Shown here: positions 10,070-19,087 of the stretch, in pieces
Position numbering within the stretch: the stretch's first letter is position 1
How the letters are laid out: every line of letters starts with the position of its first letter
Origin: Candidatus Bathyarchaeota archaeon
Lineage (GTDB): Archaea > Thermoproteota > Bathyarchaeia > Bathyarchaeales > Bathycorpusculaceae
Reading direction: 5' to 3'
DNA length: 64,000 nt
Assembly: GCA_963772455.1 (NCBI GenBank)
Contig: CAVYXJ010000007.1
Span: 32,001-96,000 of the forward strand
The notes under the pieces: model-generated
What the model was told of the DNA's origin: nothing
Databases searched by the model: none
The model's input: only the letters and a program-made list of their open reading frames with translations
Position numbers and translations under genes: made by a program

Positions 10070-11988
10070 TAGACAACCTCACGCACGATTGATTTTCCTT
10101 CGAGGTTCTGAACAGTAATTACATTTGCATCTTTCTGTGCAAATGTAATTTGGCTTGGTGTAATTACGACGTATTGGGCACTCGCGTCTTTAATCATTGC
10201 AACTAAGACTTTGGCTATCATTTCACGGTTTTTTGGATCCATATGAATGTCGTATTCGTCAACTGCACGGAACGGTGAACGTACATGCTGCTGCAAAGCC
10301 AATAAGAAACCCATTGTTGCGGTAGTTCGTTCTCCACCGCTCTGAGTATAAGCATCCAAAGCAACAGGTTTGCTACCCTTGAATCCGACATAAATCTCAA
10401 GCCCCGCAGTCTCTATATCTTGCACGCTTGAAAGTTTCACTTCCCCAGTTGCAAGCGTTTGACCCATAATTTTCTGGTACTCGACATTAACCCGTTCAAG
10501 CAAATTCTCCATAACACTGCGCCAAGACAACATACGAGTTTTAACTTCTTCAAGGGTTTTCTCGCGATTCTCAGCAACCAACTGAGCTTTTTCTTTAAGC
10601 TCTAAATAAAGCTTGGAATAGGATTCATATTGACGCTCTATATCCTCAGAAACGTCAGCTAATGCAGCCAAGTGACCATTAGTTAAGCCGATTTCATCTT
10701 GAATTTCTGCACTACTTTTAAGGACGGCTATTCGATCACCCGAAGGTTGTGCCTTCAGGATTGCCAAGTTAAGGGTCTCTTCAGCTTCCTTAATGGATTT
10801 CTCGATATTCTTCATATCGGCAATTGCGTTTGCCCGCTTAAACTCCAGCAAAGCAAGCTTTACCCGCTTCTCTAAAGCCTCAGCAGTAATTTTATCTGTG
10901 GAATTTTCAAGCTTAATCATTTTTGTTTGGTTCTCTTTAACAAGGTCATTGGATTTGGCGATTTGTTTCTTAGCGGTTTCCAACATTTTTTGGAGGTTTT
11001 CGCTTCTTAGAAGTTTAAGCTGACTTTTAGTTACCATTAAATTCTCTAAAGCTTGAGCTTCAGTTAGAAACTGTTCAATCAAGGATAAAGTAGATTCGTT
11101 CTTTGCAATCTCGCGTTCAAAACTCAAACGTAGATCAAAAACCGATTTAACCTCTCCCTTGAGCGTTTGCTGCTCGGACTGTTGTCCATCCAGCACGCTA
11201 ATAATCATTTGCCGTTCATCTTCTATTTTTCCAAGCGATTGTTGGTTTTTGTTAAAATTCGCCTGTAACCCTTTGATTATAGCTTCCCGACGCTCAACTT
11301 CAGCCCACACCAATTCACGATCTAAAAACCGTCGTTTAAGCTGTAACTGTTTTTTCTCTTGATACTTATCATATTGTTCGTGCCAATAAGCAAGTGTTTG
11401 CTGTGCTTGCTCAAGCAGTTTGCTAACTGACTCTTCTTGGCTAAGAATACGCATAAGTTTGGTTTTGGCTTGCACAACATTTTCTCGAAAAGGCTCAAGC
11501 CCAACAGCAGCTTCCACCATACGAAGTTTTTCTATATTGCTAAGAACGCTAAATTGCTCCACCATGTTTTGGTGCATGATGATAAGCATGTTGTCTGGGT
11601 CAACACCAAATTTACCAAGTAACCGTTCAATATCTTGCTTGCTAGCCACTCGGTTTTCGAGCTCAAAAAAGTATTTTCCGTCCCGACGTAATACTCGAGT
11701 AAGGAATAGTTGGTCTTTGCTGTATTTTGAGACGGGTCGTTTGTTGCCTTGTTTGCTATTGTCTAGAATTAGGGTCACTCTAGCTTGGTCTTTTCCCCAG
11801 CGAATTAAGTCGCTGAGTTTACGGGAACGTTCAGTGTAAGTTTGCCCCAACCCAACAGAGATGGCAAGTAAAAGTGAAGATTTTCCTGCGCCGTTTGGTC
11901 CCCCGATTATGTTCACGCCCTGCTTAAACGGAACTCGGGCGTATTCATAACTCATGAAATTTTCAAGGATAACTTCTTGTATTAACAT
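10069..11988 (-). CDS. Short SMC-family ATPase, Smc5/6-like (archaeal coalescin/ASRP type)
   Basis: LENFMSY, Walker A GPNGAGKSS, Q-loop DPDNMLIIMHQ, central coiled coil, signature QSGGER, Walker B/D-loop SPFRAVDEYDIHMDPKN, and VITP. Confidence 0.9.
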   Translation of the reverse strand: MLIQEVILENFMSYEYARVPFKQGVNIIGGPNGAGKSSLLLAISVGLGQTYTERSRKLSDLIRWGKDQARVTLILDNSKQGNKRPVSKYSKDQLFLTRVLRRDGKYFFELENRVASKQDIERLLGKFGVDPDNMLIIMHQNMVEQFSVLSNIEKLRMVEAAVGLEPFRENVVQAKTKLMRILSQEESVSKLLEQAQQTLAYWHEQYDKYQEKKQLQLKRRFLDRELVWAEVERREAIIKGLQANFNKNQQSLGKIEDERQMIISVLDGQQSEQQTLKGEVKSVFDLRLSFEREIAKNESTLSLIEQFLTEAQALENLMVTKSQLKLLRSENLQKMLETAKKQIAKSNDLVKENQTKMIKLENSTDKITAEALEKRVKLALLEFKRANAIADMKNIEKSIKEAEETLNLAILKAQPSGDRIAVLKSSAEIQDEIGLTNGHLAALADVSEDIERQYESYSKLYLELKEKAQLVAENREKTLEEVKTRMLSWRSVMENLLERVNVEYQKIMGQTLATGEVKLSSVQDIETAGLEIYVGFKGSKPVALDAYTQSGGERTTATMGFLLALQQHVRSPFRAVDEYDIHMDPKNREMIAKVLVAMIKDASAQYVVITPSQITFAQKDANVITVQNLEGKSIVREVV

Positions 11989-12321
11989 AAACGTTTCTTT
12001 GCCTCTAACTTTGAAGCGTTCAAACTATTGAAAAGCGTCTTATTAAAACAATACCAGACTAAAATAAGATAACTCCCGCACCTAATCCTCATTATTTCTC
12101 TTTTGTTTACGCTAATTAAGGCTTTCTTTTGACAAGATGTGTCACCAATTAATGGGTTTCAACTCATCATCAATATTCAGCAATCGCAGAATTATAATTA
12201 CAAAAAGATTATCCATGTAAAAGTATGACTGAATCATCCGAACGTTTAGTTTATGCTAAGCGAAAATGACTAAATCTTCCAATCTTAAATACTGCAAAGA
12301 GAAGAGTCGATGGGCAGCTTT

Positions 12322-13806
12322 TCAAGAATTCGTTAAGTAGGTAAGTCTTCCTTCAACTTGTCTTTTCACGTTTTGGTTGTTTCTAATGTATTCTACTAGA
12401 ACATCTTGGGCGGAGGTGGAAACCAGTTTTGCTTTCCCGACTGAAACAAGTTGTTCTTGGGACATGTTTAAGTTGGCTAATGAATTCTTAAAGTGATATC
12501 CCTGCAAACAAACTGTATAGATGCTGTCGTTGGCTAAGTCAGCTCCGTTGACTTTCAGAGATACAAGCTGTTGGAGCACTATATCATAGGTGGCTTTAAC
12601 GCCGCTACTTACTTGGTAGCATTCCCCTTCGCCGTTGAGATTTTCTGGTCGCATAATATGGCTAAAAATAGTTTTTAAAGAAAGCCCACTTACCGAATAT
12701 CTTGAAAGAGAGTCATCGTATGGAAAACATGTACGAAGATCTTTGAGAGTAATTACAGGACCAATTTCTTTAGATCTAATTGATCCACTGCCAATTAAAG
12801 CAACATCGGATTCGGCCCTTTGCGCAAAAGCGTCCGCAAACAAATTGCCTAAGGAAGTTTCTACCTCACGTTTTGGATGCGTCAGAGCAACTGCAAGTTT
12901 CCCCAAAATTGCGTTGTACTTATTATCTACTTCTTCTTGGAAGCGGCGGATGAATTCTTGCAGTTTCAAGTCGGGTTCAGCTAAATTATTGTCTATCGGA
13001 ATTAATCTCCATGCGTAGCCAATAATTGAGTTTGTGTCATCGTCAACCTCAATGTCCAAACGTCCAATATGGTCGGATCCTACTCCTGCTTGGACAATTA
13101 GTATGTTGTTAACTTTGGCGGGTTCATTAAGAATGGTGTGTGAGTGACCGCCAACTATGAGGTCAACACCTGCTTTTGGGCTAATCAGTTTTGCCAACTC
13201 CAAGTCGGAGTCGAAACCGATATGAGTTAAAATGATCGTTAGGTCTATATCGTCGTTTTTGTATGCGTTGCATATTTTTTCGATTTCCTTGCCGGCTTCC
13301 TCCAAACTAACGAAGCTGCTTATTAGTTCATCTTGTTTTATTGAATCCATAACTTTTTCTGTTATTATACCAGTGAAAAGAACGTCAAATCCTGCTTTCT
13401 TAAGGATTAAATGAGATTGCATTAGTCTTTTGTTGTACTGTTTTATGTACAGGTTAGCATTTACTATTGGAAAATTAGCCATTTTCTCAAGAAACAACAA
13501 ATGAGGCAAACCATAATCGAATTCGTGATTACCTAAAGCGACAACGTCGGGTGATAGGTAATTCATTATTTCTATTGTTGAGATTCCCTTGTATTCGGTA
13601 TCAATAAGGGATCCTTGAACCATGTCTCCTGAAATAACGTAGAACACGTTTTCTTCTTCTTGCCTAACTTTGTTGATATAACCCGACAGGAGAGATAAGC
13701 CGCCAATGAGCTTACCCTGGTGTCCTTGAATTTCCGCTAAAAAGTCACCGTGGATGTCGTTGGAGTGAAGGATTGTAAATTTTTTCGTTGCCATAATACA
13801 ACCCAT
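12322..13806 (-). CDS. Bifunctional metallophosphatase/5'-nucleotidase (cytoplasmic)
   Basis: HSNDIHG, SGD, GNHEFDYG, THIG, GGHSH and a C-terminal 5'-nucleotidase domain; no signal peptide visible. Confidence 0.92.
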   Translation of the reverse strand: MGCIMATKKFTILHSNDIHGDFLAEIQGHQGKLIGGLSLLSGYINKVRQEEENVFYVISGDMVQGSLIDTEYKGISTIEIMNYLSPDVVALGNHEFDYGLPHLLFLEKMANFPIVNANLYIKQYNKRLMQSHLILKKAGFDVLFTGIITEKVMDSIKQDELISSFVSLEEAGKEIEKICNAYKNDDIDLTIILTHIGFDSDLELAKLISPKAGVDLIVGGHSHTILNEPAKVNNILIVQAGVGSDHIGRLDIEVDDDTNSIIGYAWRLIPIDNNLAEPDLKLQEFIRRFQEEVDNKYNAILGKLAVALTHPKREVETSLGNLFADAFAQRAESDVALIGSGSIRSKEIGPVITLKDLRTCFPYDDSLSRYSVSGLSLKTIFSHIMRPENLNGEGECYQVSSGVKATYDIVLQQLVSLKVNGADLANDSIYTVCLQGYHFKNSLANLNMSQEQLVSVGKAKLVSTSAQDVLVEYIRNNQNVKRQVEGRLTYLTNS

Positions 13807-14008
13807 TTAATAAGAATGTAGAGGTTACAATTATGTTTAGTGTTAATTTTAAAAAAAGAAACTAAATTCTCTTGAAAAACTATATTGACACAAATTTTAA
13901 AGTTAAATTTCAGCTTTTTTCAACCAAGTTAAGAAAAAGCCCTTATTTCAACATAAAAAAAAGAGTTAAAGTTAAAAGACTTTTATTGTGATATGTACAA
14001 AGAGTTAA

Positions 14009-14269
14009 GTGGTTAAACTTATGAAATTCGCAGAAATCGCTATTTTACTAAGAGAAATTGTTGACAGGTGCCCCGGGTTAGATGGAAGTACTATCACTTT
14101 GATTCCTCAGAAAGCTATGTATCCACTTTACAATGGGTACCATATTAACATTAAAGCTAATCTTTCTAAGGAGAGTTTAGGGAACCTACGTAAAATTGTG
14201 GAAGGACACGATTTAGTTATGCAGATTAAGTCTGATGCAGTAATTGTGTATGAAACCAGATCTTCATAA
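14009..14269 (+). CDS. Hypothetical protein
   Basis: 86-aa ORF in an AT-rich interval with plausible globular composition. Confidence 0.55.
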   Translation: MVKLMKFAEIAILLREIVDRCPGLDGSTITLIPQKAMYPLYNGYHINIKANLSKESLGNLRKIVEGHDLVMQIKSDAVIVYETRSS

Positions 14270-14483
14270 ATACGTAAGACATTTTTGCAAAACTTAAGAT
14301 TTTTTTATCAGTCCCATTAATTCTTTGAAGAATTAAGCATCAAAAATTTATTATATTTAAAGCACTTCAAAGCCCAAAAATAAAATCTATTTTTTAATGA
14401 TTGAGGGTTTACACTTTAAACAATAAACTTCGTTATTACAAGGCAGCGACGTTTTCATCGCCTAATAGCCAGTTACGGACTGC

Positions 14484-14921
14484 TTAGGTGATGCTGACGT
14501 TCTGAATGTCGAAGTATCGTTTTGCCAAAAAGCGCAAACGTTCGGCGTTCTTGCCGTTTTTACCTATTGCGACGCCCTTATCTTTAGGGTTGACCGTAAT
14601 TACTGCCATCTTTTTGCCATCAGTGCGTTCGGTGACGCGTATTTCGCGTACTGCTGCGGGTTTTAACGCGTTTTTCATGAATGTTGCTGGATCTTCGCTG
14701 TACTCGATGATTTCGTGTTTTTTGCCTGTCATTCGTTCAAGGGTATGAATGTTTCTTCCGCCCTTGCCTATTGCTACTCCGACTTGGCCTGGGTTCACAA
14801 TGAATATTGCTCTTTGCTCGACTTCGTCGACTATGCAGTCTTTTACGCTGGCGCCGCTGATGCTTTCAAATAAGGCAATGTATCGCATTTCGTCGCAGGT
14901 AATTTTTATGCCGGTTGTTAT
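14484..14921 (-). CDS. nusA: Archaeal NusA (KH-domain) protein
   Basis: Two KH GxxG motifs (AIGKGG, AIGKNG); follows rpl30e. The family-type N-terminus IKITCDEMRYIALFE extends to ATA 14921; the ORF track starts at 14888. Confidence 0.92.
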   Translation of the reverse strand: MTTGIKITCDEMRYIALFESISGASVKDCIVDEVEQRAIFIVNPGQVGVAIGKGGRNIHTLERMTGKKHEIIEYSEDPATFMKNALKPAAVREIRVTERTDGKKMAVITVNPKDKGVAIGKNGKNAERLRFLAKRYFDIQNVSIT

Positions 14922-14938
14922 TTTTTTTCCTCCATTTT

Positions 14939-15256
14939 TTATTCTTTAATTTGGTTTTCTTCGGTTACTTTGAGAATATCTGAGTCCCCTGTTTCGCGGA
15001 TGCTTAGCGCAGAGATAATGAAGAGTTTCTTGCAGACCTCAGCTAAATCCATTGATCCACCTTTGTAAGTAATGACGGGAACTTTAGAGATTTCTCCATA
15101 GTATTCTATTTGTTCTTTTATGTCTTTGGGACAGTTTGCGGCTAAAACAATCATTTTAGCTTTGCCGGTTTTGGCGTTTTGCAATGCAACATTGGTTCCA
15201 AAGGATACTTTACCTGTTTTCACTGCGGACGCTAACGATTTATCTATGTCTATCAT
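14939..15256 (-). CDS. rpl30e: 50S ribosomal protein L30e
   Basis: AVKTGKVSFG, AKMIVLAANCP, GDSDIL; canonical position after rpoA. Confidence 0.95.
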   Translation of the reverse strand: MIDIDKSLASAVKTGKVSFGTNVALQNAKTGKAKMIVLAANCPKDIKEQIEYYGEISKVPVITYKGGSMDLAEVCKKLFIISALSIRETGDSDILKVTEENQIKE

Positions 15257-18200
15257 GCTTCGGTTTTTCCTCCATCTTTTTCTTGACGCTCGAAAGTTGA
15301 CATATACAGTTCAACTAAGCCTGTGCCGATTGGTATTGATTGCCCAACTATAACGTTTTCTGTTACTCCGGCTAAAGGATCACTTTCACCTTTCACGGCT
15401 GCTTCAACAATGTTTGGTACAGTGATTTCGAATGCGGCGCGCGCGAGGACACTTGCTTTTTTGCCGCTGATTCCGTGTCTGCCAATTTGTTGCACATCGC
15501 CTGTTGTTGTCATCATGTCTGCAACGAGCATTACGTGGCGTACATCTACGTCTAAGCCTTGATCTTCCAGAACTCCTTTTGCTTCGTGAACGAGTGCGTT
15601 TCTTGAAGCTTCGACCCCGAGAGTCTTAGCTATTTCGTGGATGTTGTTGGTGGTTGTTCGTGAAGTATCAACACCTATGACTTCAAGGACTTTGGATAGG
15701 TTTGAGCCGTCAGTTCGTATTACCCATTCGCCATTCTCTTCAGTTACTAGGACACGTTTAATGTCTGGAACACCTTTAACTTGGTAACCTGGAACTTTAG
15801 CTAACATGCGTTTGAGTTGCTCAGCTTTCTTTGGTTTAATCTCTACGGTTGTGTCAGTGACGGTTACTGTAGCATTTTGGAGTTCCATTCGTTCTTTTAG
15901 CTCTTCCATAGTAATGGCTCTGTCATCCATCATTTGCTTGTTTAATTCAATGATTATTTCTTCGCGAACTGGATCTTCGTAGATTGCTGAAGCCAAGTTC
16001 TCAACTGAAGTATAGATAATGTTACGTGCAACTTCAACTGCGCCTTCTTTGCTCTTTGCGTGGTCACCTTTGAGGTAGATTGTCATGATTGGTGTTGAGG
16101 GAATTCTGCGTGCATCGACAATTTCGATTAGTCTCGGTAAACCTAAAGTGACGTTTTGTTCTTTGACACCAGCGTAGTGGAAGGTTCTAAGAGTCATCTG
16201 CGTTCCTGGCTCGCCGATTGATTGAGCCGCAACGATACCGACAGCTTCTCCAGGCTCCATAAGAGCACGTTTGTACTGTTCGGCTGTTTGGGTTGCAGCT
16301 TTAGTAACTCCTTTGGCTGTGAGCTTGTTCTTTGCAAAGTTCTGTTTTAGTTGGTTTAGCAGGATAGGTGTTAACTGGTTTTCTACGCCTTTGAGTTGCT
16401 TTTTGATGTGATCTGTGGATGCCATTTCGCCTTTTTCGTCGCCAAGTTTTATCTGGTCGATTAGTCGATTGACGTTAACTGCTTTTCCGTGATCGCTCTT
16501 TGCTGGATCAACACCGTCTTCTCCATACCTGAATTGGATAATGTCTCCAGCAGAGTCACGAACTGTACTGTCATATTCTAAACGAATGTGCTCTAACGCG
16601 TTGATTAAGCGTCTTTGCATGTAACCACTTTGTTGTGTGCGTACGGCTGTGTCGACTAGACCTTCTCTGCCTCCCATTGCGTGGAAGAAGAATTCAATCG
16701 CGTCAAGTCCCGTCTGGTAAGAGTTGTATACGAATCCTCTCGCTCTTGGGCTGGGGTCGCCATCGGGGAAGTGGGGCAGTGCTCTTCCTGCGTAACCTCT
16801 TAGGATACGTTTTCCTCGGACTGATTGTTGCCCAACGCAAGCGGCCATTTGACCGATGTTTAGGCTTGAGCCTCTTGCACCTGCTCTTGTCATGACGATG
16901 CCTGCGTTTTCCAATGTGAAGTCTTCGTCTGCTATTTTGCCTGATTCGTCTCGGGCTACTGCAAGTTCGTGCATTACGTAGATTTCGAATGATTCTTCAA
17001 TAGTTTGTCCTGGCAAACGTGGTAGGGTTCCTTTGCGGAAGTTTTCGATGTGTTCATCAATCTTCTTTTGGATTCGGTCCATTGTTTTTGCCATTCGGTT
17101 GCGAGCTCTTGGCGATAGGACTAGTTGGTCATATGTATAACTGAATCCGCGCATTGAGATGAATTGTTTGAGCAAGTGTGTAACTTTGTTTAGGAATTCT
17201 CTTCCAGCTTGAGTGCCGTAGTCTTTAATGATTCTGTGAAGTAAGCTTTCGGATTGTTCTGAACCTATTGATCGTCTGTCGATTACTCCTGAAACAAGTT
17301 GCCCGTTCTTAACAACTACATAAGCATCGTGTTTGCATTCTTCTTCTTCACATTTTGTACAGCCTTGGCAGATGTTAGCTTTTAGTGAGTAATTGAGTGT
17401 TTTAGGTAGGTATAAACTGAAGATTTGTTTGCCTGACCACATGGGTTCGGGTGTCTTGATTTCTGGTTCTGGCACAGGTCCAACATAGTTTGTCGCAGTA
17501 AGCAACCTATTGACTTGGCTTCTATTCACATAGTTGCCTGTTCTTGTAAAGTAATATGCACTTGTTACGAAGTCTCTGATGGCGCCGATGATTGGTCCGC
17601 CAAATCTTGGTGAGAGGATTTGGTCTTGGACCTGCATTAATAGTAAGCTTTCGGTTCGGGCTTCTTCGCTTTGTGGAACGTGTAGGTTCATTTCGTCTCC
17701 ATCAAAGTCTGCGTTGTATGGTGGACAAACGCAAAGGTGAAGTCTGAAGGTCTTGTATGGCAAAACACGAACGTAATGGGCCATGATGGACATGCGGTGA
17801 AGTGAAGGCTGACGGTTAAAGATAGCAATGTCGCCGTTTTTGAGGTGGCGTTCTACTACGAATCCTAATTCCACTGCTTCTGCAATTTTTGTTCTGTCAA
17901 CTACGAATTCGAGTCTGATACGTTTGCCATCTGGTCTGATGATATAGAGGGCGCCTGGATAATTTTCTGGACCGTTAATGACGAATTTTTTCATTTCTTC
18001 GATGTTCCAAGCAGTTACCTTTTCTGGGATAGATAGTCGCATGGCAACATCTTGTGGAACACCAACTTCGTTTATGTCGAGGTTAGGGTCTGGTGAAATG
18101 ACTGTGCGTGCAGAGAAGTCAACACGTTTGCCTGAGAGATTGCTTCTAAAACGCCCTTCTTTGCCTTTCAACCGTTGCGAGAGAGTTTTTAGGGCTCGTC

Positions 18201-19086
18201 CACTGCGGTGTCGTGCTGGCGGAATACCTGATGCCTCGTTGTTAAAGTATGTTGTAACGTGGTACTGTAAAAGTTCAGATAGGTCTTGGATGATAAGGGT
18301 TGGTGCACCTGCTTCCATGTTTTCTTTCAAACGCTGATTAATGCGAATGATGTCTACAAGTTTGTGAGTTAAGTCATCTTCTGAGCGGATACCTGATTCA
18401 AGTGTGATTGATGGACGCACATAAACTGGTGGAACGGGCAGAACTTGAAGAACCATCCATTCTGGACGGGCAACTTTTGGATTAAAGCCTAAAATTTCTA
18501 AGTCTTCGTCTGAAACACGTTCAAGCCTTTCACGAATCATGCTAGGTGTTAGGGGTTCTGAGCCTGCTTCAGTTTGTTCGATGAACTTTGTTGGTTTCTC
18601 GAAGGTGATTTTGAATTGCGCCGCTGCACAGTAAGGACATTGTTTAGCTTTAATGTCGGTTAGAATTTCTTTGTAAATTTCATCAGGGATAGTTCCCAAG
18701 AGTTCATTGAAGCGTTCAAGTCTTTGTAGTGCTTTTTTAGAACCTTCTTCTGAGAGGAGAATGCGACCGCAAGTTCTGCAAGTTGATTTCAAAAGGTCAA
18801 AAATAATCTTTGTGAATTCAATGTGTACAATTGGTACTGCAAGTTCGATGTGACCGAAGTGTCCTGGACAGCGGATGGCGGTGTTGCCGCATGTTTTGCA
18901 TCTTTGTCTTGGTTCAAGAGTGCCTAATCTTCCATCCATTAATCCGGCTGTAATTGGTGCACCGTCTTCGTCATAAGTGTCTGGAGTTTGGATTTCTACG
19001 ACTGATTGTTTACGGAGGTCTTTTGGTGAGATTAAACCAAATGAGATTTCATCTACTATTTTATGTATTAATTCTTCCTGTGCCAT
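15253..19086 (-). CDS. rpoA: DNA-directed RNA polymerase largest subunit, A' and A'' in one chain (Rpo1)
   Basis: CKTC/CPGHFGHIEL zinc site, catalytic YNADFDGDEMN, and trigger loop GEPGTQMTLRTFH in the same 1277-aa ORF. Confidence 0.98.
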   Translation of the reverse strand: MAQEELIHKIVDEISFGLISPKDLRKQSVVEIQTPDTYDEDGAPITAGLMDGRLGTLEPRQRCKTCGNTAIRCPGHFGHIELAVPIVHIEFTKIIFDLLKSTCRTCGRILLSEEGSKKALQRLERFNELLGTIPDEIYKEILTDIKAKQCPYCAAAQFKITFEKPTKFIEQTEAGSEPLTPSMIRERLERVSDEDLEILGFNPKVARPEWMVLQVLPVPPVYVRPSITLESGIRSEDDLTHKLVDIIRINQRLKENMEAGAPTLIIQDLSELLQYHVTTYFNNEASGIPPARHRSGRALKTLSQRLKGKEGRFRSNLSGKRVDFSARTVISPDPNLDINEVGVPQDVAMRLSIPEKVTAWNIEEMKKFVINGPENYPGALYIIRPDGKRIRLEFVVDRTKIAEAVELGFVVERHLKNGDIAIFNRQPSLHRMSIMAHYVRVLPYKTFRLHLCVCPPYNADFDGDEMNLHVPQSEEARTESLLLMQVQDQILSPRFGGPIIGAIRDFVTSAYYFTRTGNYVNRSQVNRLLTATNYVGPVPEPEIKTPEPMWSGKQIFSLYLPKTLNYSLKANICQGCTKCEEEECKHDAYVVVKNGQLVSGVIDRRSIGSEQSESLLHRIIKDYGTQAGREFLNKVTHLLKQFISMRGFSYTYDQLVLSPRARNRMAKTMDRIQKKIDEHIENFRKGTLPRLPGQTIEESFEIYVMHELAVARDESGKIADEDFTLENAGIVMTRAGARGSSLNIGQMAACVGQQSVRGKRILRGYAGRALPHFPDGDPSPRARGFVYNSYQTGLDAIEFFFHAMGGREGLVDTAVRTQQSGYMQRRLINALEHIRLEYDSTVRDSAGDIIQFRYGEDGVDPAKSDHGKAVNVNRLIDQIKLGDEKGEMASTDHIKKQLKGVENQLTPILLNQLKQNFAKNKLTAKGVTKAATQTAEQYKRALMEPGEAVGIVAAQSIGEPGTQMTLRTFHYAGVKEQNVTLGLPRLIEIVDARRIPSTPIMTIYLKGDHAKSKEGAVEVARNIIYTSVENLASAIYEDPVREEIIIELNKQMMDDRAITMEELKERMELQNATVTVTDTTVEIKPKKAEQLKRMLAKVPGYQVKGVPDIKRVLVTEENGEWVIRTDGSNLSKVLEVIGVDTSRTTTNNIHEIAKTLGVEASRNALVHEAKGVLEDQGLDVDVRHVMLVADMMTTTGDVQQIGRHGISGKKASVLARAAFEITVPNIVEAAVKGESDPLAGVTENVIVGQSIPIGTGLVELYMSTFERQEKDGGKTEA

Positions 19087-19087
19087 G

